From contig CAJFCJ010000001.1 in NCBI GenBank assembly GCA_904063045.1, forward strand, positions 1,798,001-1,862,000: DNA of 64,000 bases. Direction: 5' to 3'. Of the stretch, positions 1 to 11,249 are shown piece after piece. The first letter of the stretch is position 1; the number at the start of each line of letters is the position of its first letter. A program made the translations under genes and the position numbers. This DNA comes from Dimorphilus gyrociliatus (taxonomy: Eukaryota; Animalia; Annelida). Under the pieces are notes generated by a model. It did not search any database. It had not been told where the DNA came from and worked only from the letters and a program-made list of their open reading frames with translations.

Positions 1-190
1 TAATTTAAGAGAACTTTTAAGAAAGTTAGTCGAAAACCGAATGGGCGCAGACATTTTGGCAGAAAATGATTGGCTGAAAATTGGTTATGACTAAACTCCG
101 AATAGTCTGATCAATCAAACATTTTATTAAAAACTTTCTTTAATTTGCTATGCATATTCATTTCATGAAAAATTAAATGTAAGAATAAGG

Positions 191-1528
191 CTAGGTCAAT
201 TTAGAAGGTTCGTCGAAACTTTTAGCAATTACTAGCCTTTGTATTTCACTTGTTCCATCGTAGATTTCAGTAACTCTATTGTCACGATATAGTCTTTCAA
301 CTTTATTTTCAGCCAGATAACCCTCGTTACCTAAGATTTGCATAGCTTGATGAGCACAGAAAGTACCTGTTTCTGAACCCATTACTTTAGCCATTGCACA
401 ATATTTAGTTGCTTCTGGATGATTTTCATCCAAGAGTTTGGCAGCAGTGTAAATCATTAGTCGTGCGGCCTGAGCTCTACACTCCATTTCTGCAAGTTTA
501 AGTGAACTAGTTGTACAGTCTGCGGTAGTAATTGGATGAATTTTGTTTCTTCTTAAATATTTAAGAGCTAAGTCTATAGAGTGTCGTGAAGTCCCTAATC
601 CAATTGAAGCCGCTCCCAATCTAGCTGAATTAAGAGAGGTCATAGCAATTTTGAAACCATCTCCGGGTTTCCCAATGATATTTTCAGCAGGAATTCGAGC
701 ATTTTCAAAAGTTATTTGACAAGTAGGACTTGCTCTCATTCCAAGTTTATCTTCTAATCTATGAACCGTAGCGTTTTCTAAAGGTTTTGGGACTATAAAA
801 GAGTTAATTCCCTGAAAAATTAACGAAATTAATACATATAATTGTAATATAAATTGAAAAGATGAGACCTTATGTTGTTTACTTCTATCAGTAGTAGCAA
901 TAAGGATCATTCCGCCTGGTAAATTCCCGTTGGTGATCCACATTTTACTACCGTTCAGAATCCAATTATCTCCTTCTAATTTTGCAGTTGTTTTTAAACC
1001 TCCAGCATCACTGCCATTCTCTGGTTCACTTAGAGAGAATGAACCAACATATTTTCCGGATAAATGGGGCTTAATATATTTAAGAATTTGTTTTTCACTA
1101 CCAAAAGTGACTAAGGTACCCGTATAGAGGGAGGTATGTCCAGAAACTGATGTTGCTGTTGCTCCACATCCATAGGCAATCTCTTCGGTGAGTAAAGTAC
1201 TGCCTATGTTTCCTAGGCCTGAAAATAAGCAATTTCAAACTATTGATAAAGGCGATAATCTAGATTTGTTCAAAATACCTAAACCACCATACTTCTTGGG
1301 GACTTTGACGTCTAATAGGCCCTCCTTTCCTAGGATTTCGAAGTGTCCTTCGGAAAATTTTCCCTCCTTGTCAGCCTTATCAGCTAAAGGAGCTATTTTC
1401 TTTGCAACAACTTCTCGAGCTTTTTCTCTAAACTCTATCAATGGCTTAGAAAGTAGAAACGAGTCCGTTGAATAATGTTTCCTGTGCTTTATTGCAGCTT
1501 TGCAGAATTTTGAAATGTGACCAGACAT
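191..1528 (-). CDS. Short-chain-type acyl-CoA dehydrogenase, mitochondrial, divergent active site. Exons 1528-1279, 1218-869, 811-191; about 406 aa.
   Basis: Spliced translation has ACAD motifs YGGLG, EEIAYGC, FSLSEPENGSDA, LNGSKMWITNG, EDKLGMRAS and YRDNRVTEIYDGTSEIQR. Both introns are GT-AG and phase-consistent. The N-terminus is basic and transit-peptide-like. Confidence 0.9.
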
Positions 1529-1856
1529 TTTTTAACTAAGTTCTAAGGAGCAGCAGAAAATACTGTTTTATTGTCATATAGGCTATCTTATCTGAAGCAA
1601 TTTGCTTTGAACTTTGACAAGAGATATACAATTTGTCATTTATTTTAATGCACTTATCTCTAACAAATAATAGAACTTATAGAGGCATAGTAAACAGCCT
1701 TATACTTGTTCTTAATGCAACATACACTTAAAGCTTGTTCCAAATCAAATGTCACATGACCAAATGACACGTGATTCACTAGCAGAAGACAGAGAAAGGC
1801 TAGTTTTCTCTTTATGGAATTCTTCTATCAATTTTTGACTTTATTTGTTATTCGAA

Positions 1857-3398
1857 ATGGATATTGAAGAGTCAAAAATATTTCATAAAATTTTAACAGC
1901 CTTTACTTCATATCGCCCATATGCGAAATCCATGACAGATACATGGAAAAACTGCATAAAAGATCCAGAAACTTTGTCTCTCAATTACCAATCTATAGAT
2001 GCGAATCAAAGATTCATAAATGAGTGAGTAGGTCTAAAATGAGTAGACATGATTATATATATATGGTACTATTAGTATTGCATCATAATATTTCTATGTA
2101 AATTCTATCACAAAAACTTCAAAACAACTCGATTATAATGCCTTCTGTATAGGATGGTGGATGCTTGCTCTAGCGGAGTGTTTTTAAATGTTGATCTTAA
2201 AGAGTGTGCTGAAAAGCCTGTTTTAACTGAAGATGATATGAGCAAGGTTAACACTACATTGAAGCAATTGGTTAGAGATTGGTCAAATGTTGGGAAGGGT
2301 GAAAGGCTGCAATCGTACGGTCCAATTCTGAAAGCAATGGAACATTACTTCCCCGAGTATTTGATATTACTAATTTCTTTTGTGAATAAAGTTAATATTT
2401 TGTTTTTTATTTTTAAATAGAAACAGAGAAAATATATCAGTTTTAGTTCCGGGAGCTGGTTTAGGGAGGCTTGCCTTTGAAATGGTTTTAAATGGTTACA
2501 AGTGTCAAGCGAACGAGTTTTCCTATCATATGTTACTGGCATCTTATTTTATATTAAACTGGTAAACAGAAATAAAATATTAATTGGCAGTATAAAACAT
2601 CAAGATTCTATCATATTTTCATATAATAGCTGTAACGACATTGAAGACTTTCGACTCTATCCGTACATCCTTAATTTTGCTGATTTAGAAGTTGTTGAAG
2701 ACAGGGTAGCTTACAATTTTTAATTATTTATATAATAAAATATAATTCTTTTACAGTTAATGCCTGTTGATATTCCCGATGTAAATCCAGGTTTATACGT
2801 AACCAATCGTTTTTCTATGTGCGCCGGTGACTTTAGTCAAGTTTACAAAAACGAAGATTATAAAGGTTAGAAATAACTTTGAGCTATACATGTTTTAAAA
2901 CTTAATTTAAATATATACGTATTTATTCAATAGAAAGATTTGATTGCGTTGCTACATGCTTTTTTATTGATACTGCAAGGAATGTTCTGGATTACATAAG
3001 AGTAATATATGGAATTTTAAAGCCTAATGGTCTTTGGATAAATCACGGTGTGATTTTAGTTATATGTTTTTCTTTTTTTTTTACGGTTAATAGGAAATAA
3101 TAATATTTTTACAAAGGACCTCTAACATGGCACTATTCAAGTACAAATAAACATGATATTGATATATCTATGAAATTATCAATGAAAGAAATTTTTGATT
3201 TTGCTACAAAAGTTGGATTTTCAATTTTGGTAATAAAAAGAAATCTATTTTCTTATATTATAAATAAATATATTATGCTATTTTATCAACATTCTAAAGG
3301 AACAAGATTACGATCACCATTGCGAATATACAAGTAATAAAACATCACTTTTGGATCATATTTATAAAACATCTTTTAGCGTACTTCAAAAGATTTAG
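1857..3398 (+). CDS. CARNMT1: Carnosine N-methyltransferase (N2227/UPF0586 family), 7 exons
   Basis: Exons join through GT-AG introns into [49 protein letters not shown] and WINHGPL. Stop TAG at 3396-3398. Confidence 0.9.
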
Positions 3399-3575
3399 TA
3401 AGATATATAGTATATGTCTACTGTATTATATTTGAACTATAGTTATGTTCAATTTACTTTTCAGATAGACAATAATAAGTGAAGTGTACAAATAAAACAG
3501 TGAAAGAAAGAAGGCAACTCTGTAAAATATTGATTTTGTTTCTTCGGCTTTGTTTCTATGAAATGAGAGATAAAA

Positions 3576-3590
3576 AGAAAAGAAAAGAAA

Positions 3591-3620
<30 letters not shown>
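3576..3620. repeat. (GAAAA)n/(AG)n purine microsatellite
   Basis: The tract agaaaagaaaagaaaagagagagagagagagagaaagagagagag is directly visible between CARNMT1 and the Kelch gene. Confidence 0.85.
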
Positions 3621-3623
<3 letters not shown>

Positions 3624-3925
3624 ATATTCATTTATATGAATTTATTCATATATTATGTCTTTATAAGGAAATAAAGTTTCTTAATGTTTTTATATATTTT
3701 CTTTATATTGAACGTTTTTGTTTTTAATTATGATGGGGATTACTAGATTTTGTTGTAGATTTTTTTAAATACACGAATTTAGGTTGACATCAATTAAATT
3801 ATTTAAATATAAACTTTTTTCCTACTTTTTTTTTAATATACGACATCTTTTTTTTATCTGCATTTTGCAGATTTTTTTATAACCATCACCTAAAATATTA
3901 ATTAACGTTTTTTATTTAAAAAAAA

Positions 3926-6625
3926 ATGGACGGTAATGTTTAAATCAATATAAAAACTTTATAAAGTAGGTTATGTATATTTTTTTATTCTTTTATATAT
4001 AGGATACTATCAATCTGGACCTTGTCGGGCACCTTGCGATCCTTGTTCGCCATGTGTACCACCTCCTATTATTAGTAGAACAACTATTGTTTTTGAATTA
4101 TTTCTGAAGGTTTTATAATGATATTTTCGTAGATTGCACACCTTGTCCTATTCAAGAACCACCTCCTCCTTGCAGACCTCATGAAATAAACAATAAAGTA
4201 AAAAAGGATTGTAGAGGTATAATTTTTCAAAGGTTTACCACCTGGTCTTATTAATTGTTTGCCTAAAAGGTGCTCCTTATGGTGGCGCGCCAACAACGTG
4301 TGTATCAAATCCATGCGATCCGTGTTCGATGAATCAAGATCAGATCGATATGGATATAAATGGTTTAAAGTTCATAAACGGGGGACAGGGTCAGTTATTA
4401 TTTAATCTTTCTTCGTTTATCATTGTTTATAATTAAGTAACATATAATTAGAACATGTCATAAATTAATTCAAACAAATTGCATATTAATTATAAGTTTA
4501 CCAAAACAACATAGCTAACAACCTATTTTTTATTTTGTAAGGAGCCGGAATGCAAGGATCAGGACAGGAAACGATGCACGGAGAAGGAATGAATAATCAA
4601 CCTTGCGTCTCAAAAAAGTATCAAGAGTGTACTGGATGTTCTAATACATTATTTGCTTCACAGACTGGAGGAGCTAACAAAATGTTGTGTTTCATGTACG
4701 ATCTATGGCAAAAAGAGAGACTTTGCGATGTTATTATTTATACTCAAGATGGAGAAATGTATGCACATAAAATCGCTTTAGCTGCTCATAGCGAAGCCCT
4801 TGCAGCGCGATTTGCCGATTATCAGCCAAATGAAGTTCTAGCGTTAGATTTATGCGAGTTCAGTTGCGCCTCAATATACATTATTTTATATTTCGTATAT
4901 ACGACTGAACTTGTACTTGAAGAGGCTGATCTTGGCGAAATAGTTGCAGCTGCTGTAGAGTTAGGTTTAACCTGTCTTATTGAAATTGCAAAGAATCATC
5001 TGTCAAGGTATGATTCTTCAAATGTTCTTTGCTATCAGGTTGTTGCTGCTCGGGCTGGGTTATGGGATTTGGAAAGTGAAATGTATCGATTTATTTGCGA
5101 TCATTTTGTAGATGTAATTAATACTGGTTCGTGGGAAGCTATCGGGTTTCAGCGTATGCAGGACATCCTCTCTGATTGTAATATAGTTATAAGAGGTGAA
5201 TTGGATGTGTTTACTGCCATTGTTAAATGGATTGACTATAAAAAATGTCAGAGAATAGCGTACGCTCCTTGTTTGATGAAATTAGTTTCGCTTGATTGCA
5301 TTTCTCCAGACGATCTGTACTGCCATGTTGAGCCGGTTAGGTTTTTATTCGATATATGCGAATGTAAGGAGCAATTATACAATGCTTGGAGATATCATGC
5401 GATGAGGTGTAGCTGTCAACCTCTTCCCTGTGAGCCCGCCAGACAAAGAAGATGCGCTGGAACAGAATTCACAATTGGAACACGATCTTCTTGTCAACAA
5501 AGAGGAGTTGGATGTTCGTTGGGAAATTCTATTCAACCAAATCGACAACTCCCTGGAAGAGTTAGGAGTAAAGGTGTTATGAAGAATGAAAATGCAAGCA
5601 TGAACAATAATCTGACTCTTTTGGATAACTTAAATACATCAGCAAATGCATCAACTTTAGGAAGGATTGACAATGGTTTAATAATTGTTGGTGGTATAGA
5701 TTTAGAGAATACCAATGGTTGTGAACCTGTACAGAATGCTTATCGTTTCGACAAGACCACTAACGATTGGCAAACAGCAGCCTTGATGGAAAATAGTCTT
5801 CACCATCATGCATCTGCTATAATTGAAAAAGACCTGTACATATTCGGTGGTATCATCTTTGATAAGAAAAATCCAACAGAACTAGGAAAGATAACTAAAA
5901 AGTGTTATGTTTACCATATCGTATCGGGTAGTTGGGAAAGACTACCTAATATGATAGAACCTCGTTCTCACTCGGGTGTTGCTGTTCATACGGATAATAT
6001 ATATCTTGTTGGTGGAGAAGGTGTGTGCAAAAATCGACGACGGAAAATATCTCTCTCATCTGTTGAAGTTTTCAATATTTCATCCCGAAGTTGGAATAGA
6101 ATTCCTGATTTGCCTGGCGCAGGAAGGGCTTCTGTCGGTGCTTGCACCTTTAAAAATAAAATTTTCGTTACTGGAGGAATTAATTGTGAACAATCGAATT
6201 CTCTGTTAAACAACGTCCTTACCTTCGACATATTAGAACGTTTTTGGGAGGAAAAGAGACCACTCTCCATCCCAAGATGTCATTCTCACTTAACAGTTTG
6301 CAACGATCAACTTTACATGACAGGTGGAAGGCAATACTTGAATGGTAATAAAACTATACAAATCTCATATGGAGGAATCGATATATATGATGAAACTGAA
6401 GATGTTTGGAAGGAAGTCGGTAAATTAATCACTCCAAGACACGACTTTGGATGTACGTCTATTTCAACAAAAATTTACGTAGCTGGTGGAGTGCAGTGTA
6501 AAAGTTCGGGTTCATATACTTGCCTACGTTCGGTGGAAACATTCGACGTTGTAACCAAGAAAACACAAGAAGAGCCTAACTTATTGAGACCGATTGCGGG
6601 CGGTTTTTGCATTTCAGACGTATAG
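3926..6625 (+). CDS. BTB-BACK-Kelch (KLHL-family) protein with Cys/Pro-rich N-terminal extension. Exons 3926-3932, 4003-4074, 4133-4216, 4270-4389, 4542-6625; about 788 aa.
   Basis: The 691-aa ORF has a BTB start (LCDVII...AHKIALAAHS), a BACK domain (ELDVFTAIVKWI) and about six Kelch repeats (IIVGG, YIFGG, YLVGG, FVTGG, YMTGG, YVAGG). Four upstream phase-1 GT-AG exons splice in frame; these are less certain than the core ORF. Confidence 0.85.
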
Positions 6626-6838
6626 TGAACAATTTGCTACATTAGTTAAGGATATATATATATATGAAAGAGGCATCGGTAGCATCAAGGAATAAAAAGA
6701 TACTTAAAAAATGCTTTAAATACTTTAATAATAATTTTTTATTCTTCTATAAATATATATTACTTCTCTTTGTATTTTAAAAATTTAAACTATTTTAGCA
6801 CATTTTATTTTCAGTTGGAAAGTTTGTTCGATATACTA

Positions 6839-9743
6839 ATGTATAAGATAATTGCTTTATCGCTCATATTCTTTACCTTTTCGGAACAATTTAAATATAA
6901 AGCCGTTATAAAGAAATGTAAAGGTGATAATAGGGATTCAACTCAAATAGGATTAAATCTAAAGCAGGTTCTTAATAATAACTATGAAAACTCTTATTCT
7001 TCAAATGATCCTGAACACTTAGATGGATTGAATTGTGAAAGAATGATATCATTGCACGTTGAATTAAGCAACAATGGAAAGGTTTAAATGATTAAACTCT
7101 GATTAACTAACTTATAATTCATTTTTTTCTTTTAGACAAATAAACAAGAATATTTAATTGTCTTTTCGAAAGTTTATGATGAAGTATTAAAACAAGATAT
7201 AAGATTAACGTCTCAAATAGCCGTCAAATTAAGACAAGATCCACTAATGCTTGCTTATGAATTTCATCATGAATATGTTAGCATGTTAAATTTTTCATTT
7301 AAAGATATAACTTTTTCACTTTAAATAGAATGTTAACAATAAACCTTACGAGGTTGTTTACAACCGAAACGAAACTACTAATTATATTGGATGTTCGGGT
7401 TCTGATACGATTGTGAATTTATGCGGATCAGAAAATCGTGGATTCTGTTGTAGGTGTGCCCTGGGTCATAGAACTCAGGCGAGGGGAGGACAATCTTGCG
7501 GAACAAAATTTGGCGAAGAGGATGAAGATGTTCATGCCAGTACTCACTGCCTTCGATTTGATTCTCTCTACTATAGCGTGAATAGGCTATCTTTACCTAA
7601 AATTTATCAGCGGGTATCCATTCAATTGTACGAAGGAGAGAAGGAAGGGCGGAGAGGATGGAATAATTTTACGGATGAAGCTCCTATTCAAGTTGGAACT
7701 GATATACCTTATCAAAATGGTAAAGGAGATCAATTGTATGTTCAATATAAGGATATTGAATTTATGCCTGACAAACTACCGATTGACTTTGTCAGTAAAA
7801 AGTTATTAGTACCAACTGCTCTTCACGTGACAGAAGGTCAACAAATTCCAAAACAAATACAACGTCAACGTCTTCCAAAAAACTTTCTTATAGTTGATTC
7901 GAACTTAATTGATAACAGTCATCAATCTTGCGACAGAACTGGAATGAATTCGGCCGCATTTTTGAAAATGACAACTCCTTGCCAAGTTCCAAGGAGAGAG
8001 ATTTTACATGAATAAATCACATGGATAATTCGCCTAATACTATTCATTTATAAATATTAAAATGATAGAATGTTACGTAATTCATTCAAATCTCCCTCCA
8101 GACATACTTGTATGCATAATTCACCAAAAGACTTATTCGTCAGCGACGAAAAAAGGGTAAAGAGGGGAGAAAAAGGCAGATATCTTTTAACTAGCTTTGG
8201 TAAACTTATCGAACCTCCAGTTATAATGGAAAATAAGAATAAAGGAAAGCTTCGATTCCTTTTTGATACTTCACAACAAACCAAACTCCGAATCAATATT
8301 AAAGCTGATCAATTAAACTTTCTCGATTCACAACCGGAAGCAGAGATTGTAAAAGTTACTTTTAGTGGTTTTAAAGCCAAATCGGAAATTTTGGTGTACG
8401 TTAGAAATCCTTTAAGAATCGTATCAAAGCTTAGTGTTCGTCTAATTAAATGTGATGATGATTTTCGCTCATTAAGTCAACCTGATACATTTAAAAGTAT
8501 AGGCCCTAACAGAGTAGACCTGTTTGAATTTCATATGTTACCAGACCAAAAGCAATCTGAAATTGGTAAAAATATAAAAAACTTAAAAATGGATATGGAC
8601 TCGTTTATTAAAGGAAATGATTCGGCTAGTTTAAATAGAAAGATCTCGACTATAAATCAAGAGAAGGTATCATCAAAAAGCTGTCTAGTTCAAGTGTTAG
8701 GTGAACGAAAACAGGTTATTTCAAAGCGAAAAATCAGCTACAAAACAAAAGACTCTTGCGTTTGTCTATTATATTGCAAATGCACTTGCATATCTGATCA
8801 TACTAAATGTAAACCTATTTCCAAAGAGGAATGGCAGGCTGCCGGTTTTAGCGGCTTCATACCAAAATCTAGATCTCTTTTTTCCGGGCACGCTATCCTA
8901 ATTGAAATTCTTTTACTAGTATGTCTTTTCGGTTTGGTGATGGGATGCATGAAAGTTCTTTTAGGATCTTTTTTCATCGAATCATTCAATAAACATGGCT
9001 TGGAAAACTTCTATCCTTTAAAAAGAAATAGCAAGAGATCTAAGTCGAATGACTTTTTAATTAATTGTTGCTTTTTCATCATAGCTCCCATTTCGTTATG
9101 TTCATCATTTGTCAATAATTTTAGAAGTATCTGTGGAATGCCATTAAAAAATTCCACGAGAAAGTACACTCTACTTTCCTTGGAAGACAATAATATAAAT
9201 CTTGAAAATGAAAAATTCAACGAGCAATCTATTCAAACTGAAGAAAGTAAAGAACGCCTTATTATTGCAACTTCAATTAGACCAAATAGAGTTAATGCTA
9301 TGAGCATGAGCACGCTATCTCTTCTTCCCGTTGTATATCTAAACCTAATTGAACCAACAAAGTTACTTCTGGTAAAAGCTTGTATAATGTTAATTACTTC
9401 TAACACTTTTGTTATTATTTAATAAAGGAATCTGGAAAGCGTTTTTCCCTTGCAGGAGTTTTATCAAAATTCAATGAAAATTCTTATACTTTTCAATTAG
9501 GAAGTTATACGAAACAGGTAATACTTTAACTAGCTAAAATTTATTATAACTGTTTATTTCCTTATTTTTCTATAGTTATTCAAACTTGAAAATAATCAAA
9601 GAGTATTGCTAATACCTCCAAAATCAATTAATGAAACTGATTTTAATCTGTTACTTAAAGAGCATGAAGCAAAAGGATTATTATCAATAGTTCCACAATT
9701 TCCCTGTCTGAATAAGAAAGATACAGATTATGAATATTATTAA
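6839..9743 (+). CDS. HAP2: HAP2/GCS1 class II gamete fusogen. Exons 6839-7081, 7136-7276, 7329-7993, 8102-9371, 9428-9517, 9576-9743; about 830-860 aa.
   Basis: Signal peptide MYKIIALSLIFFTFS is followed by NNKPYEVV, GFCCRC...ARGGQSC...ASTHCLRFDSLYYSV, CDRTGMNSAAF...CQVPRHTCMHN...DEKR...GRYL, a domain-III end CVCLLYCKCTC and a TM helix (ILIEILLLVCLFGLVMGCMKVLLG). The motifs match HAP2-GCS1 family signatures from memory. The exon-4 donor could alternatively be at 9291. Confidence 0.88.
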
Positions 9744-9891
9744 GTTTCTAGTTTTATTGTACACGTTTTGTTTCTGTTTTTTATTTTTGCAGTATTTTAT
9801 ATTTTCATATTTAAATTAAAATAAATAACAAAAAGACAAATAAAAGATAAGAATTTAATAAAAGATAACAAGTCTTTTTCTTTTTCTTTTT

Positions 9892-11014
9892 TTAGGTATT
9901 TCTCTCATTTCTTACATTTTTAATATCATTCTTTCGTCCTTTTGAGGCAATTAGGTTCTTTTCCAATCTATCTTGAGATCTTTTTAGCATTTCGGTAATT
10001 AGGTCCCGTGGTCGAGGGGCTAGTAAAACATAAATGCTTCATTAATTACTAGAATAATGCTTAATTGATTTTATTTACATGCTATAGTATTATTATCTAA
10101 TTCGGGAATATCATTGACGTTATCTTCTTCTTCGTCGTCTTCCTCTTCTTCTTCTTCAGAAGACACTTTATAACCGGCATCTCTTTTTTCATCTATTGTT
10201 ACAGTCGTTAGATCCAATTGTTGTAAATTTGGCAAATCTTGAATGATGCTACCTCGGTAGTCATTACCCTTTGAAACCGGATTGCCTTTCATATTTAAAA
10301 TGACAATTGACTGAGGAAATTCATCTTAAAAGAGAGAAAACGGTATGAAACAAAAGGTGCATTTCATTATAAATGTTTATTGTTACCTATATCAAAAGAC
10401 TCTATTAAATTATCAGCCAAGTCAAGAAAAGCTAACTTCTTGAGACTTTGTAGTCCTTGTACTTTTGTTATTTTATTTGAACTCAGAACGATAAATCTTA
10501 AATTTGGGAGACATTCTAGATTTGAGATCGACGTGATATTATTCTTTTTATCATTGTTGTTGTTTTTTTTTATATAAAAAAAAGGACTACTATAAATATA
10601 TGTAATTTTCAAAGAATTAAACTTACATGTTGTAGATAGAGATTTGTTACATGGGTACCGAATAATTCCATATTATCTATATGACAAATTCCTTCTCTGT
10701 CAAGTCGAACATGGCTTATTTTTGATAAATGATCAATACTGTTATTTTCAAGAAAAAATATTTATATACACAGTATATATGAGTATGTGAAATTGTAAGT
10801 AACCATAATTCATAATCCCAATCTTGTGCATCTTCTGGTAAATGTCTCTGTACTAGTAGCTTGAAGGTAATTTTACTTTGTTGTTTCGTAGCTGTAAGAG
10901 TTAAATATGAAAATATTAAACTTTAGTTTGTTTTCTTTCATGTTCTATATAAAGTAATTAATGCTGACGCTCGATTTCATAAACTTCATCAGCTGATTTG
11001 TCAAATTCGTTCAT
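9892..11014 (-). CDS. LRRC46: Leucine-rich repeat protein, LRRC46-like, with acidic C-terminal tract
   Basis: Spliced MNEFDKSADEVYEIEPTKQQSKITFKLLVQRHLP..., VRLDREGICHIDNMELF, LRRs NNITSISNLECLPNLRFIVLSSNKITKVQGL, LRRcap GNPV...YRGSIIQDLPNLQQLD, then poly-E/D. The orthology call is by motif resemblance. Confidence 0.7.
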
Positions 11015-11249
11015 TTTCGGTGTTTCTATGATAAACAGGAAAAGGAAATTGACTTTTTGGAAGAGGGACACCGTTTTCAGAGAATTGGAATTATTTTCTT
11101 TTAGCCGGTCTGTTAATTCCGAAGAAAAATCAACAAAACCCCTGTCGTTCCAAAATCTCCTTTTTCTATCAATTATGCTATAGAATTTTAAGTCTTTAGA
11201 GCTCCATTTCACAAAAATTAGCTTCAATGTCAGGGTTCCTCAATACATC

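Noticed and set aside
1235-1528. Apparent frameshifts or split genes in ACAD, CARNMT1, MFN, ALDH16, IPPK and others
   Set aside because: They are explained by short phase-consistent GT-AG introns.
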